A DNA stretch of 64,000 bases from Alistipes sp. UBA940. Lineage in GTDB: Bacteria; Bacteroidota; Bacteroidia; Bacteroidales; Rikenellaceae. The number at the start of each line of letters is the position of its first letter. Within the stretch, counting starts at the first letter, position 1. The stretch lies in NCBI GenBank assembly GCA_002293425.1, contig DBDE01000043.1, positions 41,021 to 105,020 on the forward strand, written 5' to 3'. The notes under the pieces are model-generated. The model made no database searches. It was not told where the DNA came from and saw only the letters and a list, made by a program, of their open reading frames with translations. Both the position numbers and the translations under genes were made by a program. Positions 18,236 to 26,641 of the stretch are shown in pieces.

Positions 18236-18842
18236 GATGCTGACCGCATTCGGATGCGGCACAAAGGAGTTCCAGCCGCAAACCGGCGACCTGCTCTTTC
18301 AAGTAGGATCGACAGGCGATATGACCCAAGCAATTGCACTCTCGACAGGAGACGGGCACGATGTGCCCTACACCCACGTGGCAATAGTCGTGATCGAACC
18401 CGACGGAACTTATGCTCTCGAAGCGTCAGGCAAAAAAGGCGTTGTGATGACACCGCTGGCGGAATTTCTCTCCGGCTCAGCCACCCTGAACGATAGACCC
18501 GTGGTTGCGGTGGGCCGACTGCGCTCACCCGAGCGCAAACATCTGGTCGGGCAAGCAATAAGCCGCGCCAAAACCTTTCTGGGGCAACCGTACGACAACT
18601 CATTCCTGCCCGACAACGAAAAAATGTATTGCAGCGAATTGGTCTGGGAGAGCTTTCGGGACGACAACGGGCCGATTCTCGAAGCCCGTCCGATGAATTT
18701 CCGCGCACCCGACGGCACGATGCCTCCCTATTGGACCGAGCATTTCGCGGCACTCGGCGAGCCGATTCCCGAGGGAGTCCACGGCACCAATCCCGACGAT
18801 ATGTCGCGCGACCAGGCCATTGTCATCGTTCACAGGTACTGA
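18201..18842 (+). CDS. YiiX/YaeF-like permuted papain-fold (NlpC/P60 superfamily) lipoprotein
   Basis: 213 aa with lipobox LTAFGCG. GDLLFQ...HVAIVV...YALEASGKKGVVMTPL...GQPYD..F......MYCSELVWESF matches the permuted Cys/His arrangement of this family. Confidence 0.65.
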   Translation: MKRENIFAAAAMMLTAFGCGTKEFQPQTGDLLFQVGSTGDMTQAIALSTGDGHDVPYTHVAIVVIEPDGTYALEASGKKGVVMTPLAEFLSGSATLNDRPVVAVGRLRSPERKHLVGQAISRAKTFLGQPYDNSFLPDNEKMYCSELVWESFRDDNGPILEARPMNFRAPDGTMPPYWTEHFAALGEPIPEGVHGTNPDDMSRDQAIVIVHRY

Positions 18843-20032
18843 GCGGCATTGCCCGACAAATCCGATTCGATAGAGAATTTGCGATAAGCCGAATCGCGCC
18901 AACCGTGATTATATATCCACTGGTTAGCGTCCAAAATCGACCGCCGAACATTGAAGGTCTTATAGTGGTAAGTTAGCCCCAAATAGGAGTTCACCACGCT
19001 GCGCAACTCCTCCGGCCGACGCGAAAAATATCCGTCGCCCTTAGCCAGCGCACTCTTGAAATTGTTAACCGTCCGGCGAGCAACATATATCCTGTGGGGC
19101 TTAACCACCTTGCCCAAAAACGTCACCCCGCGCCTGACATGTTGCAAATAAACCTTGCGCGGATGTACCCTGATGCCCAAATTGTCGGCCAAATAGGTGC
19201 GTATCTTCTCTATCGCGTCGACCAAAAACTGTTTCGAGGGATGGATGATGAAAAAGTCGTCCACATACCGCCCATAGTGTTCCACCCCCAGCGTGCGCTT
19301 CACAAAATGGTCGAAGTCGTTCAAATAGACATTGCTGAAAAGCTGGCTCGTCAGGTTGCCGATAGGCAGTCCGCAACCCTCGGGCGACGTGAACAAACTT
19401 TTGTCGGGCGGCAACCCGTTCCACTCGCTCATATCGCCCCGAATAAAGCAATCCTTCAACGGATCGTGGTAAATTATCTCTCGCGTGAGATATAACAGCA
19501 GGTCGTAATCTATCGCCTCGCTGAACCGTTGACCTCGCGAATTGCGCCGAGGGGCATATTTAAGCAGCGTGCCAGCCACCATCTCGAACAGCTTCTCGCG
19601 GTCGATGCTCATAAAATAGCCCGACAGGTCGAGCTTCAGCACATAAGCGTCGCGGGTGTAATTGTCCGAGCAACTGCGGATATGGTGATCGAGCCGCTCC
19701 ACGCCATAGCTCGTTCCGCGACCCTTGCGGCACGAATAGCAATCGGCAATGAACGACCGTTCGAAAATTTCGTTGGTATAGTTATAAAACAAGTGATGGA
19801 TGACCCGATCGGCGAACGAAGCGGCAAACACCTCGCGCTTAACGGGTTCCTCGATGATGAAAGCAACCGACCGACCAACCTTATAAGTGCGGTCGCGCAG
19901 GTGTTGGAACAGGCCGTAAATCTTATCTTCCATCTGCAACTCGAACTTGAGCTGGTTGCAGGTGTTGCGCTTATTGCGTCGGGCATCGTAATATGCCTGC
20001 AAGAGATCTTCGAAAAGTTTTTCTTCCGACAT
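18830..20032 (-). CDS. DGR-type reverse transcriptase
   Basis: 400 aa with catalytic YVDDFFII (YxDD). LPIGNLTSQLFSNVYL matches the [ILV]GxxxSQ signature that separates DGR RTs from group II intron and retron RTs. It lies 45 nt downstream of the TR. Confidence 0.9.
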   Translation of the reverse strand: MSEEKLFEDLLQAYYDARRNKRNTCNQLKFELQMEDKIYGLFQHLRDRTYKVGRSVAFIIEEPVKREVFAASFADRVIHHLFYNYTNEIFERSFIADCYSCRKGRGTSYGVERLDHHIRSCSDNYTRDAYVLKLDLSGYFMSIDREKLFEMVAGTLLKYAPRRNSRGQRFSEAIDYDLLLYLTREIIYHDPLKDCFIRGDMSEWNGLPPDKSLFTSPEGCGLPIGNLTSQLFSNVYLNDFDHFVKRTLGVEHYGRYVDDFFIIHPSKQFLVDAIEKIRTYLADNLGIRVHPRKVYLQHVRRGVTFLGKVVKPHRIYVARRTVNNFKSALAKGDGYFSRRPEELRSVVNSYLGLTYHYKTFNVRRSILDANQWIYNHGWRDSAYRKFSIESDLSGNAAQYL

Positions 20033-20077
20033 ATTTAGAAGTTGTTAAAAAAACAGGTGAGGGCGGGGCGACAAATT

Positions 20078-20264
20078 CTGGGCAAGGCAGCGGACGGAAA
20101 AACCGTTCGCATAATTGTTGCGATTCACCGGCCAAACGCCATTCGCGTTGAAGTTCAGGTTGTACCCGTTGGATCCGTCGTAGGGCGTAGAGGCCCAGTA
20201 GTTTCCGTTTGTACCCTGATTGTTCACAACACCCGTGTCCCAAGCACGGTTCCCGGCTGCCGGT
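20078..20264 (-). repeat. DGR template repeat (TR), 187 nt, non-coding
   Basis: Identical to 21491-21677 except at 20251 (T on the + strand, so A on the coding strand) versus 21664 (A on the + strand, so T on the coding strand). In the VR frame it is rich in AAC (Asn) codons. Confidence 0.9.
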
Positions 20265-20491
20265 TGTTAGTGATCGCTCTTCTCTTTGCAGCGGCGGACA
20301 GGATCTTTCACCCGAACGACGAACAAATGACAATCCCATATTTCAGAGTTGTCCATAACTGAAAGCAAAAACCCCCAGTGGATCACTGAATTTATCGTGG
20401 TTACTCTCTCCCAAACGGCACTCGACCGAGGAGACTCCGACCTTAACCCCGCCTTAGCTCACCTGTGTGTTTTTATATATTAAAGTAGTTT

Positions 20492-20872
20492 TCAGGTCAT
20501 TAAAATTTCCTCTTTTGCTTCTTGTTTTTCCAATTTTCGCAACGCCTTTTCCCAAGCCACAAGTTGGCTGGAGATGTTTCCCAGGTGGAGCACGATGCGG
20601 GCCATATTTTTTATCGGCATCTGGTGGAGGTCCCGAAGGAGCCTTACCTTCAACCGGATGGCCTCGACGTGTTCGCGTGCCTGCATCACGTGGGTCACTT
20701 TCTCTTTGTGCGTTTGTGCGCGGTAGATGCACAGTTGCAGTTCGCCGAGCAATTCTTTGAGTCTTTCGCCGATGGTGTACCGATATTCGCGCTTCATCGT
20801 TCGGCACGAGTGATACACCTCGATCACTAATTCACTTGCAGCTTTGAAAACGGGCAGTTGGTCATATTGCAT
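20492..20872 (-). CDS. avd: Four-helix-bundle protein, Avd-like DGR accessory factor
   Basis: 126 aa. MQYDQLPVFKAASELVIEVYHSCRTMKREYRYTIGERL resembles the 23S-rRNA-intervening-sequence/four-helix-bundle family to which DGR Avd proteins belong. It lies between the target gene and the TR. Confidence 0.75.
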   Translation of the reverse strand: MQYDQLPVFKAASELVIEVYHSCRTMKREYRYTIGERLKELLGELQLCIYRAQTHKEKVTHVMQAREHVEAIRLKVRLLRDLHQMPIKNMARIVLHLGNISSQLVAWEKALRKLEKQEAKEEILMT

Positions 20873-21335
20873 ATTCGAGTGTAGTTTTCAATTCCGAGAC
20901 AAACATCATACACTCCATCGGGGTTTTGTTCTCGACATTGAAATCCCTCAGGCGATCGACGAGTTTGTCGGCAAATTCGGTACGCCGGTCGGGCGCAGGT
21001 GCAAATTTAGGTTGTTTTATGTAAAGTGGTGCACCTTTTTTCCAAATTTCGAAATCTTTTTCTACAACTCTTTCGGGTGATTGCAGTACTATCAGCTTCT
21101 CTGTTTTTTCGATAATCGGCGCGGTAATAGCCCTCAGAGCCGAATCGGGAAATCCCAGGGAGGCCATTTCCAGACCAAGTTTCTTGATATATTTTTTTTG
21201 CGCACGGTATGGTTTAATGTGTGTCGAAAACAGATAAGCGGACTTTTCGTATGCTATCCAAAACAGCCGCTCCTTGTGGAGATGAATCCGGTCGGTGTTG
21301 GACTGTTCCATTTCAAAAATATCCTGCTTCATCAT
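20862..21335 (-). CDS. Small MutS-like (MSL-type) DGR accessory ORF
   Basis: 157 aa. The N-terminus (RLFWIAYEKSAYLFS...LGLEMASLGFPDSAL) resembles the mismatch-binding domain I pattern of MutS. The C-terminus (LVDRLRDFNVENKTPMECMMFVSELKTTL) resembles the MutS C-terminal LD..LTP.EAL..L..LK helix. The comparison is by eye only. Confidence 0.45.
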   Translation of the reverse strand: MMKQDIFEMEQSNTDRIHLHKERLFWIAYEKSAYLFSTHIKPYRAQKKYIKKLGLEMASLGFPDSALRAITAPIIEKTEKLIVLQSPERVVEKDFEIWKKGAPLYIKQPKFAPAPDRRTEFADKLVDRLRDFNVENKTPMECMMFVSELKTTLEYAI

Positions 21336-21410
21336 GATATTTCGTTGTTTTTTTGTGTCAAAATTTTTTCTTCGAATTTTTCGACGGAAAAACCGTCGAA
21401 AAATTGTTTG

Positions 21411-21441
21411 AAAAAAGGTCGGGGCTCGGGAAGCCCCGACC
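21411..21441 (-). terminator. Rho-independent terminator-like hairpin after the DGR target gene
   Basis: 10-bp stem GGTCGGGGCT/AGCCCCGACC with loop CGGGA, followed on the minus strand by TTTTTT. Confidence 0.55.
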
Positions 21442-21462
21442 TGATAAAAACAATCATCGGAC

Positions 21463-21483
21463 GAGCGGAAACGAGTTCCGCTC
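21463..21483. other. Hairpin/cruciform-forming inverted repeat just 3' of the VR
   Basis: GAGCGGAA-ACGAG-TTCCGCTC (8-bp stem, 5-nt loop), beginning 4 nt after the target stop codon. It is absent from the equivalent flank of the TR. Confidence 0.6.
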
Positions 21484-21487
21484 TAAA

Positions 21488-23956
21488 TTACTGGGCAAGG
21501 CAGCGGACGGAAAAACCGTTCGCATAATTGTTGCGATTCACCGGCCAAACGCCATTCGCGTTGAAGTTCAGGTTGTACCCGTTGGATCCGTCGTAGGGCG
21601 TAGAGGCCCAGTAGTTTCCGTTTGTACCCTGATTGTTCACAACACCCGTGTCCCAAGCACGGTACCCGGCTGCCGGTAAAACCTGCGTTGTAGGGTTCTG
21701 GAAGCCGTTTTCCACGGGGAATTTAGCCAGGCCCGGGGTTGTAGCCGTACCTGCCACAGGTGTTCCGGTAAAGTCAACACCGCCCACACTCCAGCTCTGA
21801 GGATAGCTGTGTCTCAGGGCCGCGTTGTTGTTGTGCCCCGGAGAGATGGTGTTGGTGTCGCCAACCCAGCCCGGGTTGAAACGCCAGTTGTAGTTGGCCA
21901 CGCCCGGATCGGCTGCCGTTTCTGTGCGCCACGTAGTCCAGTAGGTGTTCGGATTATAGTTTGCCACAGGTGTACCGTTGGTGTTGGGCAACTTGGTGTC
22001 GGTACCGTTCACGAAATAGATATTTTCGTACACCGTCGGCAGGCGCCACTGCTTGTTGTCGATCTTGCCCTTCTTGATGTCGTCGATGGACAATCCGGCC
22101 AGCTTACAGGGGTCGCCCTTGCCCGCCTTGACGTTGTCCAGGTTGTGGTATTCGGGATCCGAAACGTTCAACTTGCCCGCCACGAAGTCGGCGTTCACAT
22201 ACTGCGGAATGGTCAACCAGCCTTCATTGGCAGTACCCGCGGGAACAACGTCCGAAGGGTTGTAAGCGATGTCGGTCGCCGCATCGAATGTGTCACTGGT
22301 GGTCTCGGGAGCGATACCCACGATGCCACCGAACTTAAAGTAAGGCATCTTGTCGATGCTGTTAACATTGGTACCCCACTTGCCCACCTTCAACATACCT
22401 CCGTCCAGATAGAGGATATTGGCCTCGCCACCCGTGAAGCGGCGCACGCGGATTCTCTGGTCGAGGTCGGGATCGTCGTTCGAACGAACGATCACGTCGG
22501 CCTCCATATATTCCAGCGAACCGCCGCCAACAGTCACCTCGAAAGTGTTTTTCCACGTCAAAGCGCGGGTTTCTACCGCAACGGGTTCGAGAGTGGTGGT
22601 GACCGAAATCGGGTTGTCCAGACCGCCCACAATGTATTTCACCTCGACGGTGGTATTGGCATCGTCCGAAGTGGTGGTGAAAATCATATTGGCAGGTTCG
22701 GCACCCGGGCCGTCGAGCACATTGAGTGTACCCAGCAGGTCGTCAGCGTCATTGTCGTCGAGCAACCACTCCACATTCTCATAAGCAGCAGCAACCGCAG
22801 CGGCATCGTCCGGATCGGCAAACACGACCACACTCTGAGCAGCATTTTCGCCGGGCTCGGTGGGAAGGGTGTTGTCCTCGCCATTGTTGTTGGTGTACCA
22901 GTCGTCTTCGATAACCGAGCTCTTGTCCAGACCTGGTTCGAGACGGATGGTATAGCGATGATTGGCCAAAATATCGGTGTCCTCGCTAACCACGACCGGC
23001 AACAGGATAGGCTGGCCGCCCAGCGTACCTTCGACGATGATCTGGGTACCCGTTCCGTCGGCCTTGATGGTGGTCGGATAGAGGTAGAACACGCTCTGAG
23101 CCACCCAACGATAGCCCGCTTCGGGATTCATATCGTCATAGGTCAAACCCGCACCGTTCAACGCTTCATAGTCGTCATAAGTGACGAGCGGATCGATAAC
23201 CGTCGGATCGGCCGAACCGAAGATGGGGCCCAGGGCAGGTGCATCGGCAATGTAAACATTGGTCACCACAAAGATGTCGGACGCCGGAACACCAGCACCG
23301 TGATTGGGATTCTCGATGTCGAAACGCGCCTCACGACGGATCAACTCGCCCGTCTCCACAATCTTTCCGGTCAACACAAGCTCCTTCGAAACCGAGAAGA
23401 GCAGCCTCGTCGTAGCTCCGTCGGGCTTGGCAATGGGCACCAGGCCCGAACCGTTGTCGGGCAGAGCGTCGGTAAGCGAATTGACGAAATCGGCACCCGT
23501 GGGCAACGCACCATCGTCCAACGCATCCTGAATAGCCGGGAACGTACCTTCGGCAAACGCGCCCGACGACTTGCCATTGGCCACGAAATAGAAAGTGTAG
23601 GTCTCGCCTATGCGGCCCGGAGTGTCGATCCAATCCTGGTCGATGACGATGTGGTAGGTCTGACTGCCGCTACCGGCTTCGGTCGCGGTGGGAGCACCGA
23701 TCTCATAGTCGACACCCTCTTCGAGCAACATCACGTCGCCCGTGGCCGCCGCGGCATAAACACGAATGTCCGCAGCGTCGATGTCCCACTCAACGGAGGT
23801 TGCAATGTCGGCCCTGGTAACAAACGGGGCCTGGGGCGTCTTAAAGCTGAAGCTCAACGCCGCCGAATGACCCTCGATCTTCTGGGGGTCTTTGGCACAC
23901 GATACCGCGCCGGCAAACATCAGCGCAGCAAGTGCATATTTCAAAACATTTTTCAT
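21488..23956 (-). CDS. DGR target: fimbrial (type V pilus, tip-adhesin-like) lipoprotein with a C-terminal lectin-fold variable region
   Basis: 822 aa with lipobox FAGAVSC. The N-terminus is paralogous to the upstream fimbrillin gene (FVTRA.IAT..EW, ARFDIENP, FYLYPT). The C-terminus ...GNYWASTPYDGSNGYNLNFNANGVWPVNRNNYANGFSVRCLAQ is the WxS...FSVRC pattern of DGR-diversified C-type-lectin-fold / Fib_succ_major-like domains. Confidence 0.85.
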   Translation of the reverse strand: MKNVLKYALAALMFAGAVSCAKDPQKIEGHSAALSFSFKTPQAPFVTRADIATSVEWDIDAADIRVYAAAATGDVMLLEEGVDYEIGAPTATEAGSGSQTYHIVIDQDWIDTPGRIGETYTFYFVANGKSSGAFAEGTFPAIQDALDDGALPTGADFVNSLTDALPDNGSGLVPIAKPDGATTRLLFSVSKELVLTGKIVETGELIRREARFDIENPNHGAGVPASDIFVVTNVYIADAPALGPIFGSADPTVIDPLVTYDDYEALNGAGLTYDDMNPEAGYRWVAQSVFYLYPTTIKADGTGTQIIVEGTLGGQPILLPVVVSEDTDILANHRYTIRLEPGLDKSSVIEDDWYTNNNGEDNTLPTEPGENAAQSVVVFADPDDAAAVAAAYENVEWLLDDNDADDLLGTLNVLDGPGAEPANMIFTTTSDDANTTVEVKYIVGGLDNPISVTTTLEPVAVETRALTWKNTFEVTVGGGSLEYMEADVIVRSNDDPDLDQRIRVRRFTGGEANILYLDGGMLKVGKWGTNVNSIDKMPYFKFGGIVGIAPETTSDTFDAATDIAYNPSDVVPAGTANEGWLTIPQYVNADFVAGKLNVSDPEYHNLDNVKAGKGDPCKLAGLSIDDIKKGKIDNKQWRLPTVYENIYFVNGTDTKLPNTNGTPVANYNPNTYWTTWRTETAADPGVANYNWRFNPGWVGDTNTISPGHNNNAALRHSYPQSWSVGGVDFTGTPVAGTATTPGLAKFPVENGFQNPTTQVLPAAGYRAWDTGVVNNQGTNGNYWASTPYDGSNGYNLNFNANGVWPVNRNNYANGFSVRCLAQ
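21491..21677 (-). repeat. DGR variable repeat (VR)
   Basis: The last 187 coding nt of the target gene. 186 of 187 positions are identical to the TR. Confidence 0.9.
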
Positions 23957-23992
23957 AATCTGTGTCTATAAATTTGTTGTTTTCTTAGATGT

Positions 23993-25513
23993 TTAGTTGG
24001 CTGCGCGAACAATGCTGATCGTCTTTTTGCCGTTGTCGTCATCCCAGCCGATGAGCTGGAATGTGGCGTCGAGAGCCTCGTCGGTATCGGTTATCACGAA
24101 GCGATACTGATCGGTTGTCTCCTTGGTCGCACGGTCGTACATAGCCGTCTTGGTAACCGCGATAAGTCCATCAGCGTCGCCCGAGAGGATATAGGCCGTA
24201 CCGAACTTCGAGGTCACGTCGATAACGAACTCGCCGTCGGCAACAGCCGTTCCCTGATCAATCGTCCAGGTGAAGGCCAGATCGGTGCTCTCGAAATCGG
24301 CCGCATTTGCGTTGGCGAGCTCGAAAGCGGCACCCAAAGTACCTGTGTAGTCGACACTCGGAGCCTCGTCGTTAACACGCGAACCCGGAGCGGCAGGCAA
24401 AATCTCGCCCGTGTCGTAATCCTGCGAAATGAGGTCGATGCTCATCTTGGTGGTGTTCACGCGCAGAATATATCGGTTGTTGCGCTTGATGTCCTTGTCG
24501 GCCACGATTGGCAAAACCTGCTCTACACCATTGTCGCCCTGACGGCCAAGGATGTAGATCTGGGTTTCGGTCGCCGGATCGTCGCCCAGCTTGGTGGGAT
24601 AGAGATAGAACACCGCCGGAGCCACCGTCTCTTCGGTCAGATTGGTCGAACCCAGCTCGGTGTAATCGCTTGCGCTCAGGCCCGGAAGTTCAACCAGGTC
24701 GTGGAGCTCCACGTCGGTCGCCCAATTGGTCGCATTGGCGTTGCCGAAAACGTAGCCCTTTTGTGCCGCGTTGGAAACCAAAATGCGAGTGATGACAAAC
24801 GCACCCTTCGACTCATCGCCCGGAATATCGTCGTGGTCGCCCTGAGCCTCGGGATTCTCGATGTCGAAACGCGCCACGGCACGCTCCAGCTGGCCACGCA
24901 CCGAGGTGTTGCTCGAAATGGTCACCGGACCCACAACGTCGCTGAACAGCAGGTTCTTAGTGCTGTTGCCGGGAGTCTCGCCGTCCGGATGTTCGATGTC
25001 CTCCATCTGGCCGTCGGTCACGACCAAAGCCTTGGTCAACGCCTGCTTGAAGGTCGCCTCCGAAGCCGAGCTCAGATCGGGCGCACCCTTCATCGACGAG
25101 TTCGCATTGGCCACGAAGTAGAAGGTCACGTCCTTACCCGAGTTGGCAGTCAACCAATCTTCGGCCATGGTGATGGTGTACTTCTGCGAAGAGATCTCGT
25201 CGAAGTCGTCGTTGATCAAGTAGTCTTCGTCCGCTTCCAGCGTTTGGTCGCCGTTCCCAAGACGAAGTTTGCTCATCTGACCCATTTCCTGATCGCCCTG
25301 TCCCTGTTCGGCGATGGCAACATAAACATCGAGGGTCTTCACATTCCACTCGGCATCGGTCGCGATAGTTGCGCGGGTGACGAACGGGTGGTGAGGTTTG
25401 TCGAACGCAATGGTCAGACCGAGTTTCTCCTTAGCCGGAGTGTCTGCCGGATCGTTCGTACACGACGCCAGCCCCACTGCAAGGACTGTCATCAAAATAA
25501 ACAGTTTTTTCAT
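23993..25513 (-). CDS. Fimbrillin-family (FimA/Mfa-like) lipoprotein
   Basis: 506 aa with lipobox VGLASC. It shares N-terminal motifs with the DGR target (HHPFVTRATIATDAEWNVKTLDVYV, ARFDIENPEA, VFYLYPT). Confidence 0.7.
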   Translation of the reverse strand: MKKLFILMTVLAVGLASCTNDPADTPAKEKLGLTIAFDKPHHPFVTRATIATDAEWNVKTLDVYVAIAEQGQGDQEMGQMSKLRLGNGDQTLEADEDYLINDDFDEISSQKYTITMAEDWLTANSGKDVTFYFVANANSSMKGAPDLSSASEATFKQALTKALVVTDGQMEDIEHPDGETPGNSTKNLLFSDVVGPVTISSNTSVRGQLERAVARFDIENPEAQGDHDDIPGDESKGAFVITRILVSNAAQKGYVFGNANATNWATDVELHDLVELPGLSASDYTELGSTNLTEETVAPAVFYLYPTKLGDDPATETQIYILGRQGDNGVEQVLPIVADKDIKRNNRYILRVNTTKMSIDLISQDYDTGEILPAAPGSRVNDEAPSVDYTGTLGAAFELANANAADFESTDLAFTWTIDQGTAVADGEFVIDVTSKFGTAYILSGDADGLIAVTKTAMYDRATKETTDQYRFVITDTDEALDATFQLIGWDDDNGKKTISIVRAAN

Positions 25514-25555
25514 AAAATAAAGTTGTTGGTTAATAAAAAAGTTTATATAAATAAA

Positions 25556-26641
25556 TTAATTCAAGGTTCCTCCTTCGGTCCAGTCGGCGACCGAAAGGCC
25601 GCCCATCGGATTCATTATTATCTTGTCGCCGTCGATCACAATGTCTATTATATAGTCCTGCTTCAGCTCGTGATCGAGGTTATAGCCGAAGTGGGCAAAG
25701 TACTGTCCGAGATCTATCTCGCGCGGCAACACCATCGGGTCGTTCTCGCCCCGCGTACCGTCGGGCGCAAAATAGAGTTTCATAATAAGCGGCGTTGCAT
25801 TCTTCACCCGATAATTGACAAACTGGCCCCAAACCTCGCTGTCGGCGTTCAAATAGGTGGTGTTGCTGTGGTCTATCACGTTGCCCCGCTCGAACTGCGA
25901 GTGGACCAAATGGTGGATCACCCTGTTATCGCTCCACGGATAATCGTCGTGGGCGCGTGTATCGTGTTGCCGAGCCACAAAACTCCCCGCCGGATAGAGC
26001 CACTCGGGCATCAACCTGTACTGCGAAACCACATCCTCCAACACCGCATAGTACGTTCCGCGCTTAGGAACCGGACTATTGCGCCACGTCACACGAAACC
26101 TCACCTGGAAATGGGCATTCACCATATCCACCCTCACACGCGTCGCTCCACCCTCCTCCCTGACCGTGAAAGTGCGATAACCGTGAAACAACTCGCCGCA
26201 CGGACCCCGGGTCCCGTCCTCGAAAGTGTCGGCGTTCTCCAACGTCATCCGCAAATCCTCCCTGTCCGTCATCCCTACCACCGGCAACTGTCCCGTACGC
26301 GCATCCCAAACCGTACTGCAATCACCGTTGCCCACCGCCAGGATCGAATATTTGCCCGCCTCCAACTGCAACTCCGAGTTCATATAATCGGTACACATAT
26401 CATCCGTCACCCGCCGAATGTGATAAAGTTTATCATTCTCGTCGAAAATATACTCGTCGATGAACTTCACCCAATACACAATCTTATTCTCGTCCGTAGT
26501 GTTCTCCTCGTTGTAATCATAGCGAAGCTGCACAGTGTAAGTGCAAATCTCTATCTCGTGCATATCCACGTCGCAACCCGCCAGCAAAGCAAAAAGCAAC
26601 ATCGCCGCTGTCGCCGCAAAATATTTCAAAGATCGTCTCAC
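25556..26641 (-). CDS. FimB/Mfa2-family fimbrial anchor-like lipoprotein
   Basis: 361 aa with a GTG start and lipobox LLAGC. The size and the sequence after the lipobox (YTVQLRYDYNEENTTDENK...) resemble Mfa2-type anchors. It lies between the DUF3868 gene and the fimbrillin gene, and has a GTGA overlap with the upstream gene. Confidence 0.6.
   Translation of the reverse strand: MRRSLKYFAATAAMLLFALLAGCDVDMHEIEICTYTVQLRYDYNEENTTDENKIVYWVKFIDEYIFDENDKLYHIRRVTDDMCTDYMNSELQLEAGKYSILAVGNGDCSTVWDARTGQLPVVGMTDREDLRMTLENADTFEDGTRGPCGELFHGYRTFTVREEGGATRVRVDMVNAHFQVRFRVTWRNSPVPKRGTYYAVLEDVVSQYRLMPEWLYPAGSFVARQHDTRAHDDYPWSDNRVIHHLVHSQFERGNVIDHSNTTYLNADSEVWGQFVNYRVKNATPLIMKLYFAPDGTRGENDPMVLPREIDLGQYFAHFGYNLDHELKQDYIIDIVIDGDKIIMNPMGGLSVADWTEGGTLN

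Larger units (their letters stand above)
18830..21677 (-). mobile_element. Diversity-generating retroelement core (VR end, accessory ORFs, TR, RT)
   Basis: The order on the minus strand is canonical: target gene 3' VR, MutS-like ORF, Avd-like ORF, TR, reverse transcriptase. Confidence 0.9.
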
